The notes: generated by a model not told the origin, from the sequence alone. A DNA stretch of 64,000 bases from Betaproteobacteria bacterium (GCA_046094505.1 JBJTHN010000028.1:48379-112378); one strand, 5' to 3'; shown: positions 51,440 to 61,308, counted from the stretch's first letter. Numbers and translations: made by a program.

Positions 51440-52831
51440 ATGACCCTTGCCATCGTGATCATGGCCGCGGGAAAAGGCACCCGCATGAAGTCCCGCCACC
51501 CCAAGGTCTTGCACCGCTTGGCGGGCGCGCCCCTCTTGGGCCATGTGATGCAGGCCGCACGTGCCCTGAACGTGCCCCAGACCATCGTGATCACGGGCCA
51601 CGGAGCCGAAGACGTCGAGGCCTACCTGCGCGAGGTGGACCCGCAGGTGCACTGCGTGCGCCAGATGCCCCAGCACGGCACCGGCCACGCGGTTCAGCAA
51701 GCCGTTCCGGCCTTGCCCGATGAAGGCGTGACCCTCATCCTCAACGGAGACGTGCCCCTCATACGGTCGGCCACCGCAGCCGCCTTGATCCAGGCCTGCC
51801 AGGGCCGCCAACTGGCCCTGCTCACCCTGGAGCTGGACGATGCCACCGGCTACGGTCGCATCCTGCGCGGCGCAGACGGCCAGATCCAAGGCATCGTGGA
51901 GCACAAGGACGCCACCGCTGAGCAGCACCGCATCCGCGAGGTGTACACCGGCGTCATGGCCGCGCCCACGCGCTGGCTCAAGCAGGCCGTGATGGGCCTG
52001 GACAACCACAACTCCCAGGGCGAGTACTACCTCACCGACGTGGTGGCACAGGCGGTGGCCGCTGGCCTGCCCGTGACCAGTGTTACCGCCGCCGATGAGA
52101 CGGAAGTGCTGGGCGTCAACAGCCCCGCGCAACTGGCCGACCTGGAGCGGCGCTACCAAGCCCAGCAAGCCGCGGCCCTCATGGAAGCCGGTGTGCGGCT
52201 GCGCGACCCCGCGCGCCTGGATGTACGCGGCAGCCTCGTCTGTGCGCAGGACGTGGAGATCGACGTCAACTGCATCTTCGAAGGCCACGTGCAACTGGGC
52301 GAGGGCGTGTGCATCGGCGCGCACTGCGTGATCCGCGACGCGGTCATTGAAGCCGGGGCTGTCATCCACCCCTACACGCACATCGACGGCCATGGGCAGC
52401 CCGTCCGCGTGGGCAAGGGCTCACTCGTGGGCCCTTATGCACGCCTGCGCCCCGGCGCGGACTTGGGTGCCGAGGTTCACATCGGCAACTTCGTGGAAGT
52501 CAAGAACAGCCGTCTGGACACAGGCGCCAAGGCCAACCACTTGGCCTATCTGGGCGACAGCACCGTGGGCAAACGGGTGAACGTGGGTGCCGGCACCATC
52601 ACGGCCAACTACGACGGTGCCAACAAACACCGCACCGTCATCGAGGACGATGCCCACGTGGGCAGCAACTGCGTGTTGGTGGCCCCCGTCACGGTCGGCG
52701 CGGGCGCCACCATCGGGGCCGGCAGCACCATAGGCAAAGATGCGCCTGGGGGCCAACTCACGGTGGCCCGCACCAAGCAGCTCAGCCTGCCGGGCTGGAC
52801 ACGGCCCGCCAAGTCCAAACCGAAGCCCTAA
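51440..52831 (+). CDS. glmU: bifunctional UDP-N-acetylglucosamine diphosphorylase / glucosamine-1-phosphate N-acetyltransferase
   Basis: Start set to MTLAIVIMAAGKGTRMKS. It has left-handed beta-helix hexapeptide repeats in the C-terminal half and NYDGANKH. Confidence 0.95.
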   Translation: MTLAIVIMAAGKGTRMKSRHPKVLHRLAGAPLLGHVMQAARALNVPQTIVITGHGAEDVEAYLREVDPQVHCVRQMPQHGTGHAVQQAVPALPDEGVTLILNGDVPLIRSATAAALIQACQGRQLALLTLELDDATGYGRILRGADGQIQGIVEHKDATAEQHRIREVYTGVMAAPTRWLKQAVMGLDNHNSQGEYYLTDVVAQAVAAGLPVTSVTAADETEVLGVNSPAQLADLERRYQAQQAAALMEAGVRLRDPARLDVRGSLVCAQDVEIDVNCIFEGHVQLGEGVCIGAHCVIRDAVIEAGAVIHPYTHIDGHGQPVRVGKGSLVGPYARLRPGADLGAEVHIGNFVEVKNSRLDTGAKANHLAYLGDSTVGKRVNVGAGTITANYDGANKHRTVIEDDAHVGSNCVLVAPVTVGAGATIGAGSTIGKDAPGGQLTVARTKQLSLPGWTRPAKSKPKP

Positions 52832-52834
52832 GCC

Positions 52835-53563
52835 CTAAACCTGCCCCTGCCCGGCCCAGGTGTCCAGCGCCAGGCACAGGTCGTCCCAGGCCTTGGCCTT
52901 GTCGATGGGATTGCGTAGCAAGTAAGCCGGGTGGTAGGTCACCACCACAGGCACGCCCTGTGCGCCCGCCCATGGTGTGTCCACCGCGCTCAACCGGTGC
53001 ACGCGGCCGCGCAACCGCCCGATCGGCTCGGCGCTGCGCAGCAGCTGCTGGGCTGCAAACCGGCCCATGGCCAACACCAGCCGTGGCTGCACCAGTTGCA
53101 TCTGGCGCTGCAGCACCGGCTCGCAGGCGGCCAGCTCTGAAGGATCGGGGTTTCGGTTCTGGGGCGGCCGGCATTTGACAGTGTTGGTGATGAACACCTG
53201 CTGGTCACGGCTCAGGCCGATGGCCCCCAACATCCGGTCCAACAGTTGTCCGGCCGCACCCACAAAGGGCTGGCCCAGCCGGTCTTCCTGCTCCCCCGGC
53301 GCTTCGCCCACAACCATCCAATGTGCCCGGGGATGGCCAGCTCCAAACACGGTGTTGCGCCGGGTCTCGCACAAGCCGCAACGTCGGCAGGCGGCCACGG
53401 CGGACTGCAGGGCTCCCCAACCGAGCTCGGGCTCCCAGGCGCTGGCCTGACCTGCGGTCGGGGGCTGCAGCGGATCGGGCCAGGCCACACCCATCTCGCG
53501 CAACATCGCGCGTTCAACCGGGCTGAGCTTCACACACCTTCTCCAAAGCCTGGCGCATGTCAA
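52835..53563 (-). CDS. uracil-DNA glycosylase, family 4
   Basis: GEAPGEQEDRLGQPFVGAAGQLL and HPAYLLR. The N-terminal LSPVERAMLREMGV extension is common in Burkholderiales. The start is uncertain (ATG at 53563 or GTG at 53533), and either choice overlaps the rimI 3' end. Confidence 0.82.
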   Translation of the reverse strand: MTCARLWRRCVKLSPVERAMLREMGVAWPDPLQPPTAGQASAWEPELGWGALQSAVAACRRCGLCETRRNTVFGAGHPRAHWMVVGEAPGEQEDRLGQPFVGAAGQLLDRMLGAIGLSRDQQVFITNTVKCRPPQNRNPDPSELAACEPVLQRQMQLVQPRLVLAMGRFAAQQLLRSAEPIGRLRGRVHRLSAVDTPWAGAQGVPVVVTYHPAYLLRNPIDKAKAWDDLCLALDTWAGQGQV

Positions 53564-54035
53564 AACGCATCAGCACCGCGTCCTCGCGTGAACTGCGCAC
53601 ATTGGGGTAGTAACCGCGCCGCAGGCCGGCTTCTTCGAAGCCGTAGGCCTCATACAAGCCACGGGCGGCCACATTGCTGGCCCGCACCTCCAACCACATC
53701 CACCACAGGGCGCGCGGCACCGCCCACCGCACCAAGTCGTCCAGCAACAGCCGTGCATAGCCGGCACGCCGGTGCTCCGGGTGCACGGTGAGGTTCAACA
53801 GGTGCAGCTCTTCCACACCCTCCATGGCCCAGGCATACGCCAACAGCGCCGGCGCAGCCCCCGCCTCGGCACCGCCCCACAGGCCTTGTGCACGGTAGCC
53901 ACTGGCCATGGAGTCGACAAAGTTTCCACGGCTCCACGGGAAGGGATGGGAGCACACCTCGATGGCCATCAACTCATCCAGGTCCGCCAGCTGCAAGGGC
54001 CGTAGCTGCAGCGCCAGGTTTGGGTACACGTTCAT
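53514..54035 (-). CDS. rimI: ribosomal-protein-alanine N-acetyltransferase
   Basis: GNAT fold with RRAGYARLLLDDL as the acetyl-CoA site. It sits in the conserved tsaB-rimI arrangement. Confidence 0.8.
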   Translation of the reverse strand: MNVYPNLALQLRPLQLADLDELMAIEVCSHPFPWSRGNFVDSMASGYRAQGLWGGAEAGAAPALLAYAWAMEGVEELHLLNLTVHPEHRRAGYARLLLDDLVRWAVPRALWWMWLEVRASNVAARGLYEAYGFEEAGLRRGYYPNVRSSREDAVLMRFDMRQALEKVCEAQPG

Positions 54036-54784
54036 GTCAGGCCGCTTTGGCGCTCGGCGGTGGTCAGGGCCACACGGTCGCGAACATAACGGGGCATCAC
54101 CTGCGCCGCGTCACGCTGCGGCCCGGCCTGCCAGGCCCACGCCGCACAGCGCCCCAGGGCTGCGCTTGGGTCGTGGGCGTGGGCTGCCCAGAACAGCGCC
54201 TGGCCCTTCATGGCCGCCGCGTCTGCCTCGGGCAACAGGGCCAGGCCAGACCCGGCCAGTATCCATGGAGGCTCGGCGCAGGCCCCGTCGGGCAGCGCCC
54301 CCCAGGCCTGCGCCACTGCCTCAGGTGCACGCACCTGTGGCGCATCCAGGCAGGTCCAACCCTGCCCGCTCCACCGCATCCGTTCATCGTAGACCTGGCC
54401 CATCCGGGCGTCCACGGCCACCGCCACCGTGCAGGGCCCCTGCGGCTGCAGCAACCCGTGGGCCAGCGCCTGCTGGCGCGCGTCCTCGGCCACGATCAAC
54501 AGGCTGGGCACCGACACCGCCCGCAGGTCCAAGCCCAACGCCAGCCCCTGCACCGCCGCACAGGCCCCGCGCAGGCCCGTGAAGGCGCCGGGCCCTTCCC
54601 CATAGGCCAGGCCATCGAGGTCACCCCAGTTCAGGCCATGCCGCTGCAGTAGGGCCTGCGCTGCAGGCAAGAGGCGCTGAGACGCCAAGGCCCCGCCGGG
54701 CTCCTCGTGCCCATGAACGCGGCCATCCTGACACAGGGCCAGGCAAAGGCGCTCCGTCGAGGTGTCCAGGGCCAACAGCTTCAT
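54032..54784 (-). CDS. tsaB: tRNA t6A37 biosynthesis protein TsaB
   Basis: Start set to MKLLALDTSTERLCLAL (cat at 54782-54784). GPGAFTGLRGACAAVQGLALG follows. The 188 upstream codons in the track are antisense to dacB and are rejected. Confidence 0.85.
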   Translation of the reverse strand: MKLLALDTSTERLCLALCQDGRVHGHEEPGGALASQRLLPAAQALLQRHGLNWGDLDGLAYGEGPGAFTGLRGACAAVQGLALGLDLRAVSVPSLLIVAEDARQQALAHGLLQPQGPCTVAVAVDARMGQVYDERMRWSGQGWTCLDAPQVRAPEAVAQAWGALPDGACAEPPWILAGSGLALLPEADAAAMKGQALFWAAHAHDPSAALGRCAAWAWQAGPQRDAAQVMPRYVRDRVALTTAERQSGLT

Positions 54785-54836
54785 TCGGTCAGTGTAGGAC
54801 AGGCCACTGCTGCACCGGCCGTGCGAATATTGCCCC

Positions 54837-56327
54837 ATGCCTCGAATGAGCCTTCCCACCCGCACTTTGGGTACCGGCTTGGTCACAGCAGCCCGCGCCA
54901 TGGCCCTGGGCCTGAGCCTGGTCAGTTTCAGTGCGTGGTGCAGCCCCGCCCTGCCCCCCAGCGTGCTGCAGGCCTTGGAGCGCGCCAAGGTGCCGCCCGA
55001 GGCCTTGGCCGTCGTGGTGGAGGACCCCCGTGGCGGCACCGCGCGCTTGCGCTGGAACCCCCAGCAGCCGATGAACCCAGCCTCGGTGGTCAAGCTGCTC
55101 ACCACCCTGGCCGCACTGGAAGACCTGGGCCCCTCCTGGACCTGGCAAACACCGGTGTGGCTGGAAGGGCCGATCGACAACCCGGGGCCCGAGGGTGTGT
55201 TGCAGGGGCCGGTGCACATCAAAGGCAGCGGCGACCCCAAACTCAACCTCGAGCGCGTGTGGGCCCTGCTGCAGCGCCTGCGCGGCCTGGGCATTCGGGA
55301 GATCCGCGGCGACATCATCCTGGACCAATCCGCCTTCGCCGCACCCATGGGTACAGCGGGCGACTTCGACGGCGAATCGCTGCGCCCCTACAACGTGCAG
55401 GCCCGGGCGCTCATGCTCAACCAACGCACCGTGACCTATCACTTCGTGCCGGATGCCACGCGGGGTGTGGCCCGTGTGATGGCCGAGCCGGCCTTGCTGG
55501 GGGTGCAGGTAGACGCAACGGTGCCCCTGGTGGGCGGCCCCTGCCACGATTGGCGCGGGCAGCTCAAGGGGCACCTTCACGACCCGGCCCGCGTGCGTTG
55601 GCTTGGGCGCTACCCGGCGGCCTGTGGCACGCAACAGTGGCCCGTGGCCTATGCCGATCCGGCCAGCTACGACAGCAGGCTGCTACAGGCCCTGTGGGCG
55701 GGCATGGGCGGCCAGCTCTTCGGCGCGGTGCGGGAGGGCCCAGCCCCTGCACGGCCGCCCACCTTTGAATGGGCCTCGCCGGCGCTGTCAGACGTGGTGC
55801 GCGACATCAACAAGTTCAGCAACAACACCATGGCGCAGTTGCTGGCCCTGAGCTGGGCCGCGCAACGGCCGGGTGCAACGGCTGTCGAGCCCGGCGCGGC
55901 CCTTCAGCAGTGGGCACAAAGCCGCCTGGGGGGCACAGGGCTGCGGATCGAAAACGGGTCGGGTCTCAGCCGCGACCAACGGCTCACGGCCGATCAGGTG
56001 GCCACCTTGCTCAAGCAGGCGTGGGCCAGCCCCGTGTTGCCCGAACTGATGGCCTCCCTGCCCGTGGCCGGTGCGCCAGACGGCACGCTGCGGCGCCTGC
56101 AGGCCTCAGCCGCGCGGGCGCACCTGAAGACAGGCTCGCTGCGCGATGTGGTGGCCGCAGCAGGCTATGTGCTGGGGCGCAGCGGCCAGCGGTGGGTGTT
56201 CGTGGTGCTGATTCACCACGAACACGCACCGGCGGCACGCCCCGCCTTGGACGCCCTGCTGCAGTGGGCCATCCAAGACGAAACGCCCGCGGTCCTCAGA
56301 TCCAGCCCGCGGCGCGTACCGCCCTGA
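54837..56327 (+). CDS. dacB: D-alanyl-D-alanine carboxypeptidase/endopeptidase (PBP4, peptidase S13)
   Basis: It has a signal peptide. The motifs are SxxK PASVVKLLTT, NGSGLSR and LKTGSL (KTG). Confidence 0.88.
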   Translation: MPRMSLPTRTLGTGLVTAARAMALGLSLVSFSAWCSPALPPSVLQALERAKVPPEALAVVVEDPRGGTARLRWNPQQPMNPASVVKLLTTLAALEDLGPSWTWQTPVWLEGPIDNPGPEGVLQGPVHIKGSGDPKLNLERVWALLQRLRGLGIREIRGDIILDQSAFAAPMGTAGDFDGESLRPYNVQARALMLNQRTVTYHFVPDATRGVARVMAEPALLGVQVDATVPLVGGPCHDWRGQLKGHLHDPARVRWLGRYPAACGTQQWPVAYADPASYDSRLLQALWAGMGGQLFGAVREGPAPARPPTFEWASPALSDVVRDINKFSNNTMAQLLALSWAAQRPGATAVEPGAALQQWAQSRLGGTGLRIENGSGLSRDQRLTADQVATLLKQAWASPVLPELMASLPVAGAPDGTLRRLQASAARAHLKTGSLRDVVAAAGYVLGRSGQRWVFVVLIHHEHAPAARPALDALLQWAIQDETPAVLRSSPRRVPP

Positions 56328-57432
56328 TCACGATGTCGCCCATCAGCTGGTGCCCAAAGGGTGTGGGGTGGAAGCTGTCCGAGAAGAGCCAGGTCTTCCA
56401 CCAGCCGGCTGTGCGGCCCGCCGTGGCATCCAGGGCAGCGTCGGTGCAGGTGGGGAAGGTGTAGCTGGGCAGCCCCTGGCTGTCACGTCCGGTGATGGGG
56501 CAGGCGGTGTCAACGGCATTGCTCAAGCCAAACGACGAGGGCGAGTTCACCTGCTGGGTAAACGTGCCGTAGAAGTCGATGATGATCACGCGCGGGTCGT
56601 TGGCTGCCAGGGTGCGCAGGCGGTCATTGAAGGCGGTGATCCAGGCCCGGATGCCGCCTTGAATTTGGGTGGCCGCAGCAGCGCCTGCCGTAGCCGCGAC
56701 ACTCCCCAACACGGCGCGAAAGCGCGGCGTGACGGTGATGTCGGGCATGTTCAGCACCACCACGTTGCGTGCGTCGCGGGCCAGCACCTGTGTGCGGATG
56801 TCGCTGTAGAAGGTGTCGGCCAAGGCCACCATGTACGCACCCGCAGCGCGCTCGGCAAAGCCTGCAGTGGTGGGGCTCAATGCACCCAGGGCCGAGGCAC
56901 TGAGCTGCTGGCCCAGGAAGGCCTGGTAGGCCGCCGCACCTGCAGCGCCCGAGCCGGCACCCAGATAGGCGCCAGCCAAGTCGGCAGCATCGTTTCCGCC
57001 GCCATCGATCAACACCAGAGCGTTGCTGAAGCGGCTGGCCGAGGCGGCTGCCATCTGCGTGCCAACCCGCAGCGGGCTGGCAGAGCCGCCCAATGACGCA
57101 CCGGTGACGATGCGCCCCCCGCCAATGGCGTAGTTGGTGCAGGCTGCGTTGCTGCTGGCAGCGAAACCGGTACCGGTGGATGTGTAGGCATTGCACTGTG
57201 CAGCGCCCGACACGCCGGCGGCATCCGCCACCAACTGCGTCCACAGGGGATAGCCCTTGGGGTCGCCCGCCTTTTGAACCGTGAACTTGATGCCAAAGGT
57301 GCCGACGTCAGCCAAGCTGTCGCCAAACACCACCACCGAGCCGATGGAAGGGCCGCTGGAGCCGCCGCCGCAGGCCGCCAACAGCGCGGCCGATGCCAGG
57401 GCGGCCACCAGGCCAGATCTGAAAAATCGCAT
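56296..57432 (-). CDS. SGNH/GDSL hydrolase family lipoprotein (catalytically canonical)
   Basis: Lipobox LAAC. Block I is VVVFGDSLADVG, block II YAIGGGR, block III LIDGGGNDA, and block V FSDSFHPTPFGH (DxxH). Confidence 0.85.
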   Translation of the reverse strand: MRFFRSGLVAALASAALLAACGGGSSGPSIGSVVVFGDSLADVGTFGIKFTVQKAGDPKGYPLWTQLVADAAGVSGAAQCNAYTSTGTGFAASSNAACTNYAIGGGRIVTGASLGGSASPLRVGTQMAAASASRFSNALVLIDGGGNDAADLAGAYLGAGSGAAGAAAYQAFLGQQLSASALGALSPTTAGFAERAAGAYMVALADTFYSDIRTQVLARDARNVVVLNMPDITVTPRFRAVLGSVAATAGAAAATQIQGGIRAWITAFNDRLRTLAANDPRVIIIDFYGTFTQQVNSPSSFGLSNAVDTACPITGRDSQGLPSYTFPTCTDAALDATAGRTAGWWKTWLFSDSFHPTPFGHQLMGDIVIRAVRAAGWI

Positions 57433-57531
57433 AGATACCTCCGGTCACACGAATGTCACAAGTGAACGTGACTGTACGCAGGGCATCCTGCGCCCAGACT
57501 GAGGGCTTACCCGTTAAAGGGGCCAGCACCC

Positions 57532-57559
57532 GCGCCAGGCCCGGGCCCGGGCCCGGCGC
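57532..57559. repeat. GC-only near-perfect palindrome GCGCCAGGCCCGGGCCCGGGCCCGGCGC containing (CCCGGG) repeats
   Basis: Read directly. It lies 12 nt downstream of the stop of the 57571-58512 gene and about 100 nt upstream of the next SGNH gene start. No U-tract follows on the minus strand. Confidence 0.6.
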
Positions 57560-57570
57560 CCCCAACGGGG

Positions 57571-58512
57571 TCAGAACGGGTTGCGCACCGCCCGCGAGGC
57601 TGCGATTTGACCCAGGCGCGACTGCAGCGCCGGGCCGAACAGCTTGTCGGTGGCGTATCCCCAGGTGGTGGTGTCCGCACCCGTGACCAGGGTGTCGGTG
57701 CCGCAGTTCGGTGGCGGCGCCGTGGGCAGGCACATCGGGGTGGCCAGATCGTTGAAGCCGTAAAAGGTGTTGAAGGGCGGTTGGATGTCGCGCACCATTT
57801 GGTCGGACGAAACCAAGCCGATCAGCCGGCCATCGTTGATGATGGTCACGCGCAGTCCGGCGTTAAACGAATCGGTGAGCTGCGACAAGAACCGCGCCCG
57901 CGTGATGGCGCCAGAAGGCTCAGGCTTGACGGTTGTCTCGGCCGCGCCAAAGGGTGCCAGGCCCAAGTCGGGTGCTGTGACCAACAGGACCGCGGGGCCT
58001 GCACGCGCCACCCGGTTGACCTGCAGGCCCAAGGCGACACCGCGCTCACGCGCCTCGGCCCTGAGTGCATCCTGGGTTCGTGCCGGGTACTGGGCATACA
58101 ACTCCAGCACATCGTTCATGCCGAAGTACATGGTCACCATCTGCTTTTCGCTGAAGGCGCCCCCGGCCAGGGCGCGGTCCACCTGAGCGGCAACCGCAGC
58201 CGCCTTGGCACCCACCTCGGCGTAGATCTGTGCATTGATCGCGGTCACCGCGTTCGGGTTGCACTGTGCAAAGGTCAGCCCAAACACGGAAGCCACGTTC
58301 TGCACCCACAAGGGCTGGGTGGCACAGTCGATCGTGGATGTGCCGGCGGCATAGGCGTTGATGCCGTACTTGCGCCCATCGGGCAGCAACACGCTCAACT
58401 CGTCGCCCATCACCATCAGCCGCTCAGGCTTGAAGGGTTCGATCGCGCCGGAGGCGCCACCGCAACCCGCCACCACCAGGGCCGCACCCGCGGCGCACAC
58501 CCAGGTCAGCAT
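57571..58512 (-). CDS. SGNH-fold lipoprotein paralogue lacking the catalytic Ser and His (probable pseudoenzyme)
   Basis: Lipobox VVAGC (start set to MLTWVCAAGAALVVAGCGG; alternatives 58557 and 58581). Block I reads VMGDELSV, with Glu in the Ser position. Block III FGMNDV is kept. Block V reads ATDKLF instead of DxxH. I find no His anywhere in the mature sequence. Confidence 0.75.
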   Translation of the reverse strand: MLTWVCAAGAALVVAGCGGASGAIEPFKPERLMVMGDELSVLLPDGRKYGINAYAAGTSTIDCATQPLWVQNVASVFGLTFAQCNPNAVTAINAQIYAEVGAKAAAVAAQVDRALAGGAFSEKQMVTMYFGMNDVLELYAQYPARTQDALRAEARERGVALGLQVNRVARAGPAVLLVTAPDLGLAPFGAAETTVKPEPSGAITRARFLSQLTDSFNAGLRVTIINDGRLIGLVSSDQMVRDIQPPFNTFYGFNDLATPMCLPTAPPPNCGTDTLVTGADTTTWGYATDKLFGPALQSRLGQIAASRAVRNPF

Positions 58513-58629
58513 GCGCGAGCATCCGCGCCACACACCTGCCACAGCTGAAGAAGTCATCCCTGCTCCAAACAGGCCAGCCAAGCGCTGACCCCAATTCGAT
58601 TCCGCCTTGCCCAGCCCGCCGCGCCCAGC

Positions 58630-59592
58630 CTAGGCCGCTGCCCGGCTCAGGCGGTCCCGCACGCCGTCCCATTCGGCACCCTGCGGGGGCTCTTCCACCC
58701 ATATTTCACCACCGCCTTGCTCAGCCAAGGCAGCATCCAGGTCGCGCAAGACGGCAAACAGTTCATGCGCCACGGCCTGCGGGCCGGCGGGCATGGCACG
58801 CCAAACCACATGGGCATACGCCGCACCGCCCGGGCAAGCCTTTGAATATAGCGCCAGCGGCACGGGCACCGCGGTGGGCCAATGGGCTGCGGACACCAGC
58901 CGCACACGGGCGGCCGGCGCGTAATGCGAGGCCAAGGTGCCCGATGCACGGGGCGCAGCGGCATCCCGCTCACCCAAGGCTTGTCCGCAGGCCTGCTCCA
59001 AGGCACCACGGTCCACCGTGCCCGGGCGCAGCAGCACAGGGCGGCCCCGCGTGCAGTCCACGATTGCCGACTCGATGCCCGCCTCGCACGCCCCCCCATC
59101 GATCACCAAGAGGTCTGGCCCAAACTCCCCATACACGTGCTCGGCACGGGTGGGGCTCACGCGGCCAAAGCGATTGGCGCTGGGCGCAGCCACACCGGGA
59201 ACACCCATTTCCAAGGCGCGCTGCAGCAGTGCGCGCGCCACGGGGTGGGAAGGGCAGCGCAAGCCGATGCTCGCCTGCCCTGCGGCGCAGGCCGCCGCCA
59301 CACCAGGCCGGCGCGGCACGATCACCGTCACGGGGCCCGGCCAAAACGCCTGGATCAGCTTGCGCGCAACACCGGGAAGCTCACCCGCAAACGCAGCCGC
59401 ACCCGCTTCATCCAGCACGTGCACGATCAGGGGATGGTCGCTGGGCCTGCCCTTGGCCGCATAGATACGCGCCACCACCGCATCGTCGTCAGCGCGGGCT
59501 CCCAAGCCGTACACGGTCTCGGTCGGGAAGGCCACCAGGCCGCCTTCGGCCAAGATGCGCGCGGCCCCTTCGATGGCTGCGGGATCGGTCAT
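58630..59592 (-). CDS. tsaC: L-threonylcarbamoyladenylate synthase (Sua5/YwlC long form)
   Basis: Start set to MTDPAAIEGAARILAEGGLVAFPTETVYGLGA. It also has KGRPSDHPLIVH, WPGPVT and SANRFG, plus a C-terminal Sua5 domain. Confidence 0.88.
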   Translation of the reverse strand: MTDPAAIEGAARILAEGGLVAFPTETVYGLGARADDDAVVARIYAAKGRPSDHPLIVHVLDEAGAAAFAGELPGVARKLIQAFWPGPVTVIVPRRPGVAAACAAGQASIGLRCPSHPVARALLQRALEMGVPGVAAPSANRFGRVSPTRAEHVYGEFGPDLLVIDGGACEAGIESAIVDCTRGRPVLLRPGTVDRGALEQACGQALGERDAAAPRASGTLASHYAPAARVRLVSAAHWPTAVPVPLALYSKACPGGAAYAHVVWRAMPAGPQAVAHELFAVLRDLDAALAEQGGGEIWVEEPPQGAEWDGVRDRLSRAAA

Positions 59593-59626
59593 GTGAAGTG
59601 GCGTGTGCGCAAAGCCGAGTGGGCCT

Positions 59627-60814
59627 TCAGAAGGCCGGCAAGCCCAACAGGCAGCACGCCTGCAGGGCACGCTCGCGGGCTTGTTCGGGCGTGCCCGCGG
59701 TCACGGTCAGGTGGCCCATCTTGCGGCCCTTGCGCGCGCTGAGCTTGCCGTACAGGTGCAGGTGAACGCCCGGCACGGACAGCACGTCGGCCCAAGGGGG
59801 CGTACGCGCCGCACCGGCGGCATCAAACCACACGTCCCCCAGCAGGTTGAGCATCACCGCCGGCGCCAGCAGTGTGGGTTGCACCAGGGGCAGGCCCGCC
59901 AAGGTACGCACCTGCAGATCGAACTGCGACACATCGCAGGCATCCACCGTGTAGTGGCCCGAGTTGTGCGGCCGTGGTGCCATTTCGTTGGCCACCAGGC
60001 GCCCATCCTGCAGCACAAAGAACTCCACGCACAGCACACCCACATAGTTCATGGACTGCGCCAGCACGCGCGCGGCGTCCAGCGCCTGCTGCTGCAAGGC
60101 TTGGGGCACATGGGGTGCGGGCACCTGCGTCACGGCCAGGATGCCCTGGCGGTGCAGGTTTTCCTGCACCGGGAAACTCACCACCTCACCCTGCGAACTG
60201 CGGGCCAACACCACGCTGATCTCGCGCTCCAAGGGCAACAAGGCCTCCAGCACGCAGGGGGCCTGCTTAAGCCCATCCCAGGCCGCTTGCATCTCGGCAC
60301 GGGTGCTCACCCGTACCTGTCCCTTGCCGTCATAGCCCAGACGGGCTGTCTTCAGAATGCCCGGCAAGAGCTCATCGGGCACCGCCTGCAGCTCAGCCGG
60401 GGCCGTGATCACCACATGCGGCGCACAGGGCACACCGCTGAGCCGAAAGTGAGCTTTCTCCAGCACCCTGTCCTGGCAGATGGCCACGGCATCGGCGCTG
60501 GGGGCCACCGGCCTTTGAGATCCCAGGGTCACCAGGGCCGCTGCCGGCACGTTTTCAAACTCGGTGGTGATGGCCGAACTTCGCTGCATCAGCTGCGCCA
60601 AGCCTTGCTCGTCAAGGTAGTCGGCTTGAATGTGATACGGCGAGACCAGACCCGCCGGGCTGGTGGGGTCTGGGTCTAGAACAGCCGTGAGATAGCCCAT
60701 GCGTTGGGCCGCCTGTACAAACATGCGGCCCAACTGACCGCCCCCCATCACCCCCAGGGTCGCGGGCCGACCATCGGCTGATGTGGAGCCGGGCAACACG
60801 GTGCGTCGGCTCAT
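59627..60814 (-). CDS. purK: 5-(carboxyamino)imidazole ribonucleotide synthase
   Basis: [13 protein letters not shown] and an ATP-grasp core ([13 protein letters not shown]). The C-terminus is [16 protein letters not shown]. Confidence 0.93.
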   Translation of the reverse strand: MSRRTVLPGSTSADGRPATLGVMGGGQLGRMFVQAAQRMGYLTAVLDPDPTSPAGLVSPYHIQADYLDEQGLAQLMQRSSAITTEFENVPAAALVTLGSQRPVAPSADAVAICQDRVLEKAHFRLSGVPCAPHVVITAPAELQAVPDELLPGILKTARLGYDGKGQVRVSTRAEMQAAWDGLKQAPCVLEALLPLEREISVVLARSSQGEVVSFPVQENLHRQGILAVTQVPAPHVPQALQQQALDAARVLAQSMNYVGVLCVEFFVLQDGRLVANEMAPRPHNSGHYTVDACDVSQFDLQVRTLAGLPLVQPTLLAPAVMLNLLGDVWFDAAGAARTPPWADVLSVPGVHLHLYGKLSARKGRKMGHLTVTAGTPEQARERALQACCLLGLPAF

Positions 60815-61308
60815 CGAAGCTGCTCCGTCATGGCTTGTGCAGCCTCGGTCTGCCGCCGGCGAAACGCCTCCAACTTGGCCAACAAAGCCGCGTCCGTCTG
60901 GGCCAGCATGGCCACCGCAAACAAAGCGGCGTTGGCCGCCCCAGCCGCACCGATGGCAAAGGTGGCCACCGGAATGCCCTTGGGCATCTGCACGATCGAA
61001 TGCAGGGAGTCGACGCCCTGCAGGTGGCGGCTGGCCACGGGAACACCCAGGACGGGCACGGTGGTCTTGGCCGCCAGCATGCCCGGCAGGTGCGCGGCAC
61101 CACCGGCTCCGGCGATGATGGCCTTCAGCCCTCGTGCATGCGCCGACTCGGCGTAGGCAAACATCTCGTCGGGCATCCGGTGGGCCGAGACCACCCGGGC
61201 CTCATGGGGCACGCCGAACTCGGCGAGAATGGAGGTGGCCTGCTGAAGGGTTTCCCAGTCGCTGCTGGAACCCATCACCACGCCCACCACGGCACTGGCA
61301 TTCGACAC
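60811..61308 (-). CDS. purE: 5-(carboxyamino)imidazole ribonucleotide mutase
   Basis: I place the start at the GTG at 61308 (GGAGA 4 nt upstream), giving [25 protein letters not shown] and [10 protein letters not shown] follow. The ATG at 61359 would leave only 12 bp to the divergent gene. Confidence 0.9.
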   Translation of the reverse strand: MSNASAVVGVVMGSSSDWETLQQATSILAEFGVPHEARVVSAHRMPDEMFAYAESAHARGLKAIIAGAGGAAHLPGMLAAKTTVPVLGVPVASRHLQGVDSLHSIVQMPKGIPVATFAIGAAGAANAALFAVAMLAQTDAALLAKLEAFRRRQTEAAQAMTEQLR

